Assembly (NCBI GenBank): GCA_041640595.1
Contig: JBEPZY010000001.1
Span: 66,657 to 130,656 of the forward strand
DNA length: 64,000 nt
Direction of reading: 5' to 3'
From: Gemmatales bacterium
GTDB taxonomy: Bacteria; Planctomycetota; Planctomycetia; Gemmatales; HRBIN36
The stretch's first letter is position 1; the number at the start of each line of letters is the position of its first letter. A program made the position numbers and the translations under genes. The notes beneath the pieces were generated by a model, which was not told where the DNA came from, ran no database searches, and saw only the letters and a list, made by a program, of their open reading frames with translations. Below, piece by piece: positions 17,641 to 26,553 of this stretch.

Positions 17641-19557
17641 TCATTTGCTGGCGGCTTTACGGACGGCCATTTCCAGGCTGCTCAGTTCCAGGGCGTGGTC
17701 GAGGACTTTACCATCCCGGCCGATGAGGAACAGGTGCGGGAAAGCCATCAGGCCGTAATAAGTAGCCGCTGGCCCATCTGGACCGCCCCCGGCATATAGT
17801 TGAATTCCCGGAGCTTTAGTGTTCTTGAGGCTGGCTAGAGCGTCGGCCTGATTTTCGTCAATATTGATGGCCACGATCTCGACGGCTTGGCTGCCGAGGT
17901 CTTGCTGCAACTTATGCAGCCGGGCGAAATCTTCCGGGACAGATTTGCACCAGCTGGCCCAGTAATAAACCACGACGACTTTTCCACGTAAAGCCTGAGG
18001 ATTATAAGTTTGCCCGTTCAGACTGGTAACCGGTACGGTAAGTTCCCAGGGTTTGCCTTCTAAGTCGAGACGACGCAGTGCGCCAGCAGCTTTAGCGGCG
18101 TTAGGATTGCTGGGTGGAAAGGTGCGAACCAGTTGCTGATAGTATTGCTTAGCTTCGGCATCTTTATTTTGCAGTTCGAGATGCATGGCGATCTGCCAGA
18201 GGGCTTCCGCAGCTTCGGTTGCTTTCGGGAAAGTGCGGGCGAACTGAATAAGCCGCTCCACGTGGCGATTTTGCAATGTCAGGATATCTTCGGGTTTGGA
18301 GGCGAGGGCGGACTTGATAGTGTAATCGGTGTTGAGTTCGCGGAATGCAACATAGGCGGCTAACTCGCTTCCCGGCTCGCTACGCTGCAACTGCTCCGCC
18401 AGGGCTTGTAAACGTTGTAAAGCCGTCCGGTCGCTCTGGGGACTGGCCTGAGCGGCCGAACTGAGGGTATCGGCCAGCTGTTTGACCCACAGTACACGAT
18501 CGGCGGGTTCTTTGACCTTAGCAAGGATGGATTCGATTAGCTGGGCCCGTTCGAGATAAAAGCGGGCTAGGACAGGATTCGGGCCGGTTCCCTGCGTGGG
18601 TGGATGACGCTGATCGAGATCGGCAAGCTTTTTCAAAAGTAATTGCAGTTCGTCCGGAACGGCGGAGCGATGATTTTCGGCGACCATGTTGTTGCCTGGA
18701 GCATCCACGAGCTTCCAGGCTTCACCCACCAAAAGCATTTCGCCCAGTTGAATGACGTCCTGTTTCCCAGCGGTTTCGACGATCACCAGGCCACGATGGA
18801 GCATCAAGACATCTCGTTTCATGCCGTAAGTGTCGGCAGGGATGCGAGCAGGAGGACCCGCTTCAAAATGCATCCAGCGGGTAGTTTCGTTGAGTTGCGG
18901 TAAGGCTGCGCAAGCCTGGCGGAACTTCTGTTCCGTTTGCTTACGCAGTTCGCGGATGCGTTCGACCTCTCGCGTGGGCAATCCCAAAGCCTGCAGGTCT
19001 TCCTCTTTCACCAGGAGAGTCTGAAATAAACGGTAATCCCGCGTAGCCAGGGCCTGGGCGGCCAGCTGGCTCAATTCTTCCGGCGACAATGCGAGCCAAT
19101 CGTCAATCGTGCCATCTTCGTCCCGGTCGAGCCCGATTTTCATGCCGGCGGTGTTGAGCCAGTAATAGCGGTCCACTTTGCCATTGAAATTGCTGTCCAC
19201 TTCGCGGTAAACCTCAACGCCGTCCTTGTAGTAGCACCACTGGTCGGGGTAGCGGTCGCCGTTGGTGTCCATGAACCTTCGGAGAAATCGCCCCTGCGGA
19301 TCGCGCAACGCCCAGCCCGTAGAGCCCGGGGAAGTGCCTTGCACAAGTTCCACCTTGCATTGCGGATACTCAGCCTGGGTCGGCGTGGAGATGGCCACAC
19401 CTTTCTGCCTGGGTTGGAAGGTGAGCATTTGCTCAACAGTTGGCGCAGACTGAAGGCAGCGGCAGATGCCAAGGCTTATCGCCAGTACCAGTCCCAATTG
19501 TCCGAACATGCGGCGAGATACCAGCGACCGTTTGGGTGTATTTGGAAGCCACTGCAT
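17641..19557 (-). CDS. Secreted multidomain protein: EF-hand-like Dx[DN]xDG loops, a helical/TPR-like middle, and a C-terminal TlpA/ResA-type thioredoxin fold with a monothiol CxxV site
   Basis: Signal-like N-terminus. DTNGDRYPD, DSNFNGKVD and DRDEDGTIDDW loops. C-terminal GKVVVVYYWASWCKSVPEDF...FPHLFLIGRDGKV. SD AGGAG 7 nt upstream of ATG 19557. Confidence 0.7.
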   Translation of the reverse strand: MQWLPNTPKRSLVSRRMFGQLGLVLAISLGICRCLQSAPTVEQMLTFQPRQKGVAISTPTQAEYPQCKVELVQGTSPGSTGWALRDPQGRFLRRFMDTNGDRYPDQWCYYKDGVEVYREVDSNFNGKVDRYYWLNTAGMKIGLDRDEDGTIDDWLALSPEELSQLAAQALATRDYRLFQTLLVKEEDLQALGLPTREVERIRELRKQTEQKFRQACAALPQLNETTRWMHFEAGPPARIPADTYGMKRDVLMLHRGLVIVETAGKQDVIQLGEMLLVGEAWKLVDAPGNNMVAENHRSAVPDELQLLLKKLADLDQRHPPTQGTGPNPVLARFYLERAQLIESILAKVKEPADRVLWVKQLADTLSSAAQASPQSDRTALQRLQALAEQLQRSEPGSELAAYVAFRELNTDYTIKSALASKPEDILTLQNRHVERLIQFARTFPKATEAAEALWQIAMHLELQNKDAEAKQYYQQLVRTFPPSNPNAAKAAGALRRLDLEGKPWELTVPVTSLNGQTYNPQALRGKVVVVYYWASWCKSVPEDFARLHKLQQDLGSQAVEIVAINIDENQADALASLKNTKAPGIQLYAGGGPDGPAATYYGLMAFPHLFLIGRDGKVLDHALELSSLEMAVRKAASK

Positions 19558-19873
19558 GAGTGCTCTCCTTGCTTGCGCTCACCGAGACCGAATTTGTCCT
19601 CGAAGTGCGCACGAGGCAGCGATCTGGCGGTGCCCTCTCCGGCACGCTACACTACGTACTATCGGCAAAACCGCCCCAATCGCTATAGTGTGTTCCTGGC
19701 TGGCGGTGGTGGAATTAGCGGTTACCTCGGCGCTGGTTGAAAAAGAGATGTGAGTTTTCGTTCGAGCTTTCCCTGTGCTACTGGCGAACGCGGATGCGGT
19801 CAGTACAATGGGCCGTAAGTAAAACAACGAACGTCGGTCTGGTCGGGCCGGTAATTCCCAGGGGAGCCAAACC

Positions 19874-21160
19874 ATGCAACGGCGAACTTTCCTAAAGTCG
19901 GTCAGCTGGGGAGCAGGTTTCGTGATCCTGAAAGGCGGCGCCTGCACGTATGCGGCCAATGAAAAACTGCGGGTAGGCGCCATCGGTATCGCCGGTCAAG
20001 GTGCGTACAACATCAACAACGTGGTGGCGGCGGGCGGCGAAATCGTGGCCTTATGTGATGTGCACACCAGTCGCAAAGAAGTCGCCGCTATGCGGGAGAG
20101 GTTTCCCAATGCGAGTTTTTATACCGATTACCGGCTCCTGCTGGATAAGGAGAAACTCGATGCGGTGATAGTTTCGACACCGGATCACACGCACGCGCCG
20201 GCGACGCTGTTGGCATTGAAAGCGGGTTGCCATGTTTATTGCGAAAAACCCCTGACGCATACCGTGCACGAAGCCCGGCTGGTTAGCGAGACCGCCAGGA
20301 AATATAAGCGGGTTACCCAGATGGGTACGCAGATTCATGCCGGCAGCAACTACCGACGGGTTGTGGAATGGATCGAGAGCGGTGCGATTGGGGAGGTGCG
20401 TGAGGTACACGTCTGGTGCGGTCGGTCGTTCGGCGGCGTGGATCGGCCGAAGGAGACGCCTCCGGTTCCCGAAGGGTTGGACTGGGATTTGTGGCTGGGA
20501 CCAGCGCCCTATCGTCCTTACCATCCGACTTACGTGCCATTCTGGTGGCGAAGGTGGTGGGACTTTGGTGGCGGGACCCTGGCCGACATGGGCTGCCATT
20601 ACATAGACCTGGCGTTCTGGGCGTTAAAACTGCGGCATCCCACAGTGGTCGCTGCAGAGGGGCCTAAACCCCATCCCGAATCTGCCGCCGTTTGGTTGAT
20701 CGTGCATTACGAATTTCCAGCCCGCGACAACCTGCCACCGGTCAAGCTGACCTGGTACGATGGCGGAAAACGGCCCAAATATTTCGACGAGCCGGGTTTG
20801 TTGCCTAAATGGGGAGATGGCGTCTTGTTTGTTGGGAGCAAGGGCATGCTGATAGCCGACTATGGTCAACATCGTTTGTTACCGGAAAAACAGTTTGCCA
20901 ATGCGCCGCGACCGAAACCGTCCATTCCAGAATCTGTGGGGCACCATCGGGAATGGGTGCAGGCTTGCAAGAACAACGGTCAAACTCTGTGCCACTTCGA
21001 CTATGCCGGGCCTTTGACCGAAACGGTGCTTCTCGGAGTGGCTGCTTACCGCTTGCAACGCCCCATCCACTGGGATGCAGCTCGCTGCCAGGCAGTCAAC
21101 GATCCCGAAGCCGAACGCTTCCTCCGTAAGGAATACCGGCGTGGCTGGGAAATTTCCTAA
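19874..21160 (+). CDS. Gfo/Idh/MocA family oxidoreductase with Tat signal
   Basis: MQRRTFLKS twin-arginine N-terminus, Rossmann block LRVGAIGIAGQG, EKPL motif (VYCEKPLTH). Confidence 0.85.
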   Translation: MQRRTFLKSVSWGAGFVILKGGACTYAANEKLRVGAIGIAGQGAYNINNVVAAGGEIVALCDVHTSRKEVAAMRERFPNASFYTDYRLLLDKEKLDAVIVSTPDHTHAPATLLALKAGCHVYCEKPLTHTVHEARLVSETARKYKRVTQMGTQIHAGSNYRRVVEWIESGAIGEVREVHVWCGRSFGGVDRPKETPPVPEGLDWDLWLGPAPYRPYHPTYVPFWWRRWWDFGGGTLADMGCHYIDLAFWALKLRHPTVVAAEGPKPHPESAAVWLIVHYEFPARDNLPPVKLTWYDGGKRPKYFDEPGLLPKWGDGVLFVGSKGMLIADYGQHRLLPEKQFANAPRPKPSIPESVGHHREWVQACKNNGQTLCHFDYAGPLTETVLLGVAAYRLQRPIHWDAARCQAVNDPEAERFLRKEYRRGWEIS

Positions 21161-21303
21161 CCTGTACCGCTCAGGCTGGTGCTTGCGGAAAATCTTTGTC
21201 CTGGCTCGGCACGTGAAGATTCGTAATTCGTCTGGGTATTATTGGATTTGCCGCGTGGAAAAACGTCTGTGAAGGAGCATGCCTGAAAACACGGGGCAGG
21301 GCC

Positions 21304-21690
21304 ATGGCTCCCGAAGAAGTCATGCGGCGATTGAATGTGATTAACGCCCACCTGTGGATGGTGCGGCGGTTTTTGAAACACGCTGAGGAACTGGAGCAAG
21401 CACCGCATCTGCACGAAGTGCACCGACAGATTTTTGACTACGTGCGGGCCCTGGAACCCAGCTGGCAACGCCAGGACGCTCAGGAATACCTCCGCCGCGC
21501 TCGGGGCAAATTGCCGAAACTCAAACGAGTAGCGGAATTGCTGGCGACCAGTTATCGCCAGGTTTCGGACCACACCAATTTTGAAATGGCTGCTGTGTCG
21601 CTGATGGGCTGTGTGGAGCAAATCGAAGAATTGCTCAACGCCGTCTCAGCCAGTCCGGGCGGGCATACTTGTTCTGCACCAGATCCGTAA
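21304..21690 (+). CDS. Hypothetical helical protein, 128 aa
   Basis: ATG-initiated ORF with helical, charged composition and no recognised motif. The last 56 nt overlap the 3' end of the convergent lipoate-ligase-family gene. Confidence 0.45.
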   Translation: MAPEEVMRRLNVINAHLWMVRRFLKHAEELEQAPHLHEVHRQIFDYVRALEPSWQRQDAQEYLRRARGKLPKLKRVAELLATSYRQVSDHTNFEMAAVSLMGCVEQIEELLNAVSASPGGHTCSAPDP

Positions 21691-22372
21691 CCGCAGCCGA
21701 CAGTTGCGAAAATGAACCCGGCGGAACATGGTCCGCGAAAAGATGCTCCGCTTCGAATGCCCGACGCACACACGCCAGCAATTCGCCACGCGTCATCGGC
21801 AGGTTCGTCAGGAATTCCCGGTGGGGGCGATTTTGACGATACTCTGGTTGCCGTGCTGGTATCGGTAAATAACGCTCTACCAGTGCGATGTCGAAATCGT
21901 AAAGCAAAGTGCCGTGATGGAGAAAATAACGGCGTAAACGTCGTTGCGAATTGCCGGAGACTTTGCGTTGTTGCCAGACCAGATCGCTGATGCCGGCCAG
22001 CTGCACCGCTATTCCACGCTGCTGGAAACTTTCTGCAATTCGACTGAGCACCATACTTACCGAATGGCGAGCGTTCAGGGCAGTGCCGTCGGTCATGGGC
22101 AGGATCAGCGAAAAAACCAGACAGCCTGGTGCGAGCACCACAGTTCCACCGCCACTGCACCGCCGGGCTACTGCAACCCGATCGCGTTGACATACGCCCA
22201 GAGTAACCTCATCGGCCAGACAACTATTTATCCCCAGCACTACCGCCGGCCGATCCACCTCCCAGAACCGCAGTGTTGGACTAAGAGAACCGGTCTCGGC
22301 CAGCAGTAATAAGGCCTCGTCCAGAGCCAGATTTTCTTCGATGCTGGGCAAGGTCAGGTCGAGCCAGCACAC
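21635..22372 (-). CDS. Biotin/lipoate A/B protein ligase family protein (LplA/LipM-like)
   Basis: N.ALDEALL, RFW....AVVLG, RRCSGGGTV (RRxSGGG), KVSGNSQRR (catalytic Lys context), HGTLLYDFD. GTG start. Confidence 0.75.
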   Translation of the reverse strand: MCWLDLTLPSIEENLALDEALLLLAETGSLSPTLRFWEVDRPAVVLGINSCLADEVTLGVCQRDRVAVARRCSGGGTVVLAPGCLVFSLILPMTDGTALNARHSVSMVLSRIAESFQQRGIAVQLAGISDLVWQQRKVSGNSQRRLRRYFLHHGTLLYDFDIALVERYLPIPARQPEYRQNRPHREFLTNLPMTRGELLACVRRAFEAEHLFADHVPPGSFSQLSAAVTDLVQNKYARPDWLRRR

Positions 22373-22402
22373 TTCGGGAAAAACTCAGGCGGTTCGATAC
22401 GG

Positions 22403-23737
22403 CTACACAAAAGGCGTAATACCCGGCCTGGCGACGGGGGGAGTCGGCATGGGGCCGAACTCGTATTTCGGCGGAGTCAAATCTTCTTTCGAGTTGAAAG
22501 CCATTTCCCATGTGATGAGTTTGCCGGTATAAGTTGCCATCCTCCCCATGATGGCCATGAGCGTGCTTTTTGCCATCCAGTCGCCGTCATTGATGGGCTT
22601 ACCTGCACGGATGCTGGCCAGCATTTCGTCGTGTTCGTTCTGGTACATGTCGTCTAGCCCGCGAACAGCCTGACGCGACGACCATTTGCGCTCCCCCTGA
22701 CGCGACAGAAGAATTCCTTCGCCTCGGGAAGCCTGAATATCGCAAGTGGCCTGGGTACCGAAAATCTGGTCGGAAATGTTCGCGTAAGTGTCCTTTTGCT
22801 GACGGCAGAAACTGTACAGTCGCACACCATTAGCGAATTCGTAAACCACGGCGTGATGGTCGAAAATGTGGCCGTAGTCCGGTTCTGTCCGTACCTGCCG
22901 ACCTCCCATTCCCCAGCAGCGCACCGGATATTGATTCTGCATAGCCCAGGCCATTTTGTCGAGGCTATGGATGTGCTGTTCAACAATGTGGTCACCCGAC
23001 AACCAGGTGAAGTAAAGCCAGTTGCGGCATTGCCATTCCATATCGCTCCAGCCGTGTTTTTGTTTCTCGGCCAGAGTTCGCACCCACAGGTAGCCGACGT
23101 TATAGGTGCACTGCATAGTTACGATGTCGCCGATAGCTCCGTCGTGAACGCGTTTCATGGTCTCCCGCATGCCGCGATGGTATCGCCAGCACAAACCGGA
23201 GACCACCGCCAGCCCTTTCTGTTTGGCCAGTTCGCAGGCAGCAAGCACTTTCCTGACACCGGGAGCATCTACCGCCACGGGTTTTTCCGCAAAAACGTGT
23301 TTGCCGGCTTCGATGGCCGCCTGCAGGTGAGCAGGGCGAAAATGCGGGGGTGTGCAGAGCAATACAATGTCCACGTCCGTGCTCAGTAATTGCTTGTAGG
23401 CATCGAATCCGACAAAGCAGCGCTCGGGAGTAACGGTGACCTGCTTGGCAACTGCCTCGGTCTTCTGCAACGTTTGCAAACTGTTTTGAAGGCGATCGGG
23501 AAACAGATCGGCCATCGCTACCAGCCGCGTATTCGGATCGGCACGTAAGCAGTTGAAAGCCGCACCAGTTCCACGACCACCACAACCGATCAAGCCGACT
23601 TTCAAAACCTCACCGCCAGCTACATGTACCGCGGGGGCACTTTCCCACGGCCGCAAAGCTGCCGCTGCCACAGCGGTTCCCAGGGCGGTGGTGCGAAGGA
23701 AATCTCGTCGAGTTCGTGCCGTTTTGTTACTGCTCAT
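22403..23737 (-). CDS. Gfo/Idh/MocA family oxidoreductase with Tat signal
   Basis: Start moved to MSSNKTARTRRDFLRTTALG (ATG 23737, SD GGAG upstream). LKVGLIGCGGRG Rossmann block, VFAEKPV motif. Confidence 0.85.
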   Translation of the reverse strand: MSSNKTARTRRDFLRTTALGTAVAAAALRPWESAPAVHVAGGEVLKVGLIGCGGRGTGAAFNCLRADPNTRLVAMADLFPDRLQNSLQTLQKTEAVAKQVTVTPERCFVGFDAYKQLLSTDVDIVLLCTPPHFRPAHLQAAIEAGKHVFAEKPVAVDAPGVRKVLAACELAKQKGLAVVSGLCWRYHRGMRETMKRVHDGAIGDIVTMQCTYNVGYLWVRTLAEKQKHGWSDMEWQCRNWLYFTWLSGDHIVEQHIHSLDKMAWAMQNQYPVRCWGMGGRQVRTEPDYGHIFDHHAVVYEFANGVRLYSFCRQQKDTYANISDQIFGTQATCDIQASRGEGILLSRQGERKWSSRQAVRGLDDMYQNEHDEMLASIRAGKPINDGDWMAKSTLMAIMGRMATYTGKLITWEMAFNSKEDLTPPKYEFGPMPTPPVARPGITPFV

Positions 23738-23820
23738 GTTCAGCTCCTCGGTTGGTCGGACTGGCTTACCGCTTTCTATCACTAACTTACCAAATCCTCC
23801 GCCGACGGGCAATTCGGCAG

Positions 23821-23916
23821 CACGGACAAGTGCCTTGAAGAAACGGTACGTGGCCTGCTCGACAAAGATGCTGAATTTGGTCTCCGGCACGGACAAGTGC
23901 CTTGAAGAAGTGGTAC
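23821..23916. repeat. Direct repeat pair A (29 nt, 27/29 identical, period 67 nt)
   Basis: CACGGACAAGTGCCTTGAAGAA[AC/GT]GGTAC at 23821..23849 and 23888..23916. Each copy contains a small hairpin G(G)CAC-GGACAA-GTGC(C). Confidence 0.85.
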
Positions 23917-24033
23917 CCCGTCGGCTGTCGGTTTATGCGACACACGCGGGAATGGTTGGCGGTGTTGGTGCGGTGTCTCGAAGCGCAAACAGTCAGTTTT
24001 CGAGCGACACCCAAGGAGGTCGCACTGGACCTT

Positions 24034-24141
24034 ACTTGGTGCAGGCTAAGTTCGCTTCGGTGCATCCGCCTCGCAGGACAGCCGGTGTTTACCGGAATTT
24101 CGGCCTCACTTGGTGCAGGTTAAATTCTCTTGGGTGCATCC
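24034..24141. repeat. Direct repeat pair B (34 nt, 30/34 identical, period 74 nt)
   Basis: ACTTGGTGCAGGCTAAGTTCGCTTCGGTGCATCC (24034..24067) versus ACTTGGTGCAGGTTAAATTCTCTTGGGTGCATCC (24108..24141). Both can fold GGTGCA-17 nt-TGCATC, and all 4 differences fall in the loop. Confidence 0.85.
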
Positions 24142-24287
24142 CTCCGGAACTGCTGCGTCGCGTGGATTCCTCTGTCGGTGCGGCTTTTCGAGGCGCGGAC
24201 AGGCAGCCTTACTCTTGGTTCATTCCGCGGAGTAAACGCACTGATCTGGAATTGACGAGCCTGGAGCCTTTCGGAGCGGAAAGTATT

Positions 24288-24379
24288 CTCCGAATCTGCA
24301 CCTTTCAAAGGCGTTCGACGCAGAGCCGCAGAAGGTTGCGGGGTCAGAGCGATAGATTTGCTCCGAATCTGTACCGTTC
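24288..24379. repeat. Direct repeat pair C (19 nt, 17/19 identical, period 73 nt)
   Basis: CTCCGAATCTGCACCTTTC (24288..24306) versus CTCCGAATCTGTACCGTTC (24361..24379). TCGGTTTAC also recurs at about 24398 and 24433, just before the MoxR start. Confidence 0.8.
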
Positions 24380-24454
24380 GGTTGCTAGCCTCGGTATTTC
24401 GGTTTACAATGAGTTGACCGAGTATATCTGTATCGGTTTACGAGGAGGAAGCCT

Positions 24455-25501
24455 GTGTCGGCAGCAGGTGATCAGCTAGCGGCCATTCTCGAACAATTCG
24501 CCCAAACGCGGCAACGGATGCTGGAGCAACTCCGGCGTGTCATTGTCGGTCAGAACGAAGTCATCGAGCAAATCTTCGCGGCCATCTTCGCCCGCGGGCA
24601 TTGTTTGCTGGTGGGTGTTCCAGGCTTGGCGAAAACGCTCATGATCAGCACCATCAGCCAGATTCTCGACCTCTCGTTCAAACGCATCCAGTTCACGCCG
24701 GACCTGATGCCCACCGACATCACCGGCACGATGATTCTGGACATAGATGAACAAACCGGGCGGCGCAATTTTCGCTTTGTTCCCGGGCCGGTCTTTGCCA
24801 ACATAGTGCTGGCGGACGAAATCAACCGTACCCCGCCCAAAACGCAAGCTGCGTTACTCCAGGCCATGCAGGAACGGCAGGTCACAGTCGGCCAGCAAAC
24901 TTACAATCTGCCCGAACCGTTTTTCGTCCTGGCCACGCAAAACCCGATCGAGCAGGAAGGTACGTATCCACTGCCGGAGGCCCAGCTGGACCGGTTTATG
25001 TTCAACATCAAAGTGGATTATCCCTCTTACGAGGAAGAAAAACGCATCCTGGCTACCACCACCAAGGATGAACAACCGGAACTCGTCAAGGTCCTGAGCG
25101 GCAAAGCCATTTTGAACCTGCAACGGCTGGTTCGGAGTGTACCGGTAAGCGATCTGGTGGTTGATTACGTGGCGCGACTGGTGCGAGCAACACGTCCCCG
25201 TACACCCGAGGCTCCGGAATTTGTGAATCAGTGGGTGGACTGGGGAGCCGGACCTCGAGCCGGGCAATTTTTGATTCTCGGTGCCAAAGCCCTGGCAGCG
25301 ATGGATGGCCGATTCACTGTCTCCTTCGATGACGTTCGCCGCGTCGCCATCCCGGTTCTGCGACATCGCATCAGCGTCAATTTCCAGGCCCAGGCGGAAG
25401 GGAAAACTTCCGAGGACATCATTCAGCTGCTGCTGCAACACGTGCCCGAGCCGGAGCCACGCAAATACGACAAACCCACACGCGTGCGGACAGGTTCGTG
25501 A
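24455..25501 (+). CDS. MoxR-family AAA+ ATPase
   Basis: GTG start after GAGGAGGAAG. Walker A GVPGLAKT, Walker B VLADEINRTPPKTQAALLQAM.E, ATQNPIEQEGTYPLPEAQLDRF. Confidence 0.92.
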   Translation: MSAAGDQLAAILEQFAQTRQRMLEQLRRVIVGQNEVIEQIFAAIFARGHCLLVGVPGLAKTLMISTISQILDLSFKRIQFTPDLMPTDITGTMILDIDEQTGRRNFRFVPGPVFANIVLADEINRTPPKTQAALLQAMQERQVTVGQQTYNLPEPFFVLATQNPIEQEGTYPLPEAQLDRFMFNIKVDYPSYEEEKRILATTTKDEQPELVKVLSGKAILNLQRLVRSVPVSDLVVDYVARLVRATRPRTPEAPEFVNQWVDWGAGPRAGQFLILGAKALAAMDGRFTVSFDDVRRVAIPVLRHRISVNFQAQAEGKTSEDIIQLLLQHVPEPEPRKYDKPTRVRTGS

Positions 25502-25520
25502 AGCTTGTCCCGACGATCCC

Positions 25521-26417
25521 ATGGCCAACGTTCAGCAATACCTGCGCCCGGATGTCATTCGTCAGGTGAGCCGGCTTGACCTGCGGGCGAAATTCATCGT
25601 CCAGGGTTTCCTGGCCGGTCTGCACGTCAGCCCGTTTCACGGCTTCAGCGTCGAATTCAGCGAACATCGCAAGTACGAACCCGGCGACGATGTCAAGGAT
25701 ATTGACTGGAACGTTTACGCACGCACCGAACGACTATACATCAAAAAATTCCAGGCCGAAACCAACCTGACCTGCTATCTGGCCATGGATCTCAGCCAGT
25801 CCATGGATTACACCTACCGCCAGCCATTGACGAAGTTTGGCTACGCAATCAATCTGGCTGCGGCGATGAGTTTCTTGATGATCCAACAGCAAGACCCAAC
25901 CGGTCTGGTTACCTTCGACACGCAGATTCGCACTTTTCTACCGCCAAAAAGCAAGCGTACGCAGATCGGTGCCATCCTGAGTGTGCTGGATACCGCGAAG
26001 CCACAGGGCCAGACGGACGTCGCGCATTGTCTGCACCAGATAGCCCGCATCATCCGCAAGCGCAGTTTGGTCATCCTTTTTTCCGACTTGCTTACCGATT
26101 TGCCGCCGGTCATTCACGCTTTGCATCACCTTCGCCATGACGGCAACGAGGTCATCATTTTCCACATTCTTGATGAGGCGGAAGTCACTTTCCCATTCCG
26201 CCAGGTCGTCGAACTGGAGGACCCAGAAACGCTGGAGCGATTGACCCTGGATGCACGCGGTGTGCGGGACGGATACCTGGAGGCACTGCGTGACTTTACC
26301 AGCTATCTGGACAAGGAATGTCGCAAGGCCAACATTGACATTATCCGTGTGCATACCGGCCAGAATTTCGACCGAGCCCTGATTCGCTATCTGACGGAGC
26401 GGCAAAAACGGTTTTGA
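25521..26417 (+). CDS. DUF58 domain protein (MoxR-associated, vWA-like fold)
   Basis: G.H.SPFHGFSVEFSEHRKYEPGDDVKDIDWNVYART..LYIK.F is the classic DUF58 signature. The track start 25281 would overlap MoxR by 220 nt; ATG 25521 gives the family-typical N-terminus. Confidence 0.88.
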   Translation: MANVQQYLRPDVIRQVSRLDLRAKFIVQGFLAGLHVSPFHGFSVEFSEHRKYEPGDDVKDIDWNVYARTERLYIKKFQAETNLTCYLAMDLSQSMDYTYRQPLTKFGYAINLAAAMSFLMIQQQDPTGLVTFDTQIRTFLPPKSKRTQIGAILSVLDTAKPQGQTDVAHCLHQIARIIRKRSLVILFSDLLTDLPPVIHALHHLRHDGNEVIIFHILDEAEVTFPFRQVVELEDPETLERLTLDARGVRDGYLEALRDFTSYLDKECRKANIDIIRVHTGQNFDRALIRYLTERQKRF

Positions 26418-26553
26418 ATCTCGCCGCTTCTTGCTGAGATCGATCGCCGGATTTTTCGCCTACACCGAGCTGGTCGAGCCTTTTTGGTACGGATACCCGC
26501 CGGGCAGCAGCGACCTAAAATGGCACAGAGGCCCAATTAGCCAAATCCTGAGG

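Noticed and set aside
23821-24379. Possible degenerate CRISPR array, given repeats of 19-34 nt at a period of about 67-74 nt
   Set aside because: The three repeat pairs (A, B, C) share no sequence with one another, each occurs only twice, and there are no cas genes in the window. A CRISPR array requires one repeat sequence reiterated throughout.
24403-24442. Sigma-70-like promoter for the MoxR operon (TTTACA / TTGACC hexamers)
   Set aside because: No -10 hexamer sits at acceptable spacing, and I do not know the promoter consensus for this lineage well enough to make a call.
25281-25520. Upstream extension of the DUF58 ORF overlapping MoxR by 220 nt
   Set aside because: The extension is out-of-frame read-through of the MoxR C-terminus. 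The DUF58 family N-terminus matches the Met at 25521.
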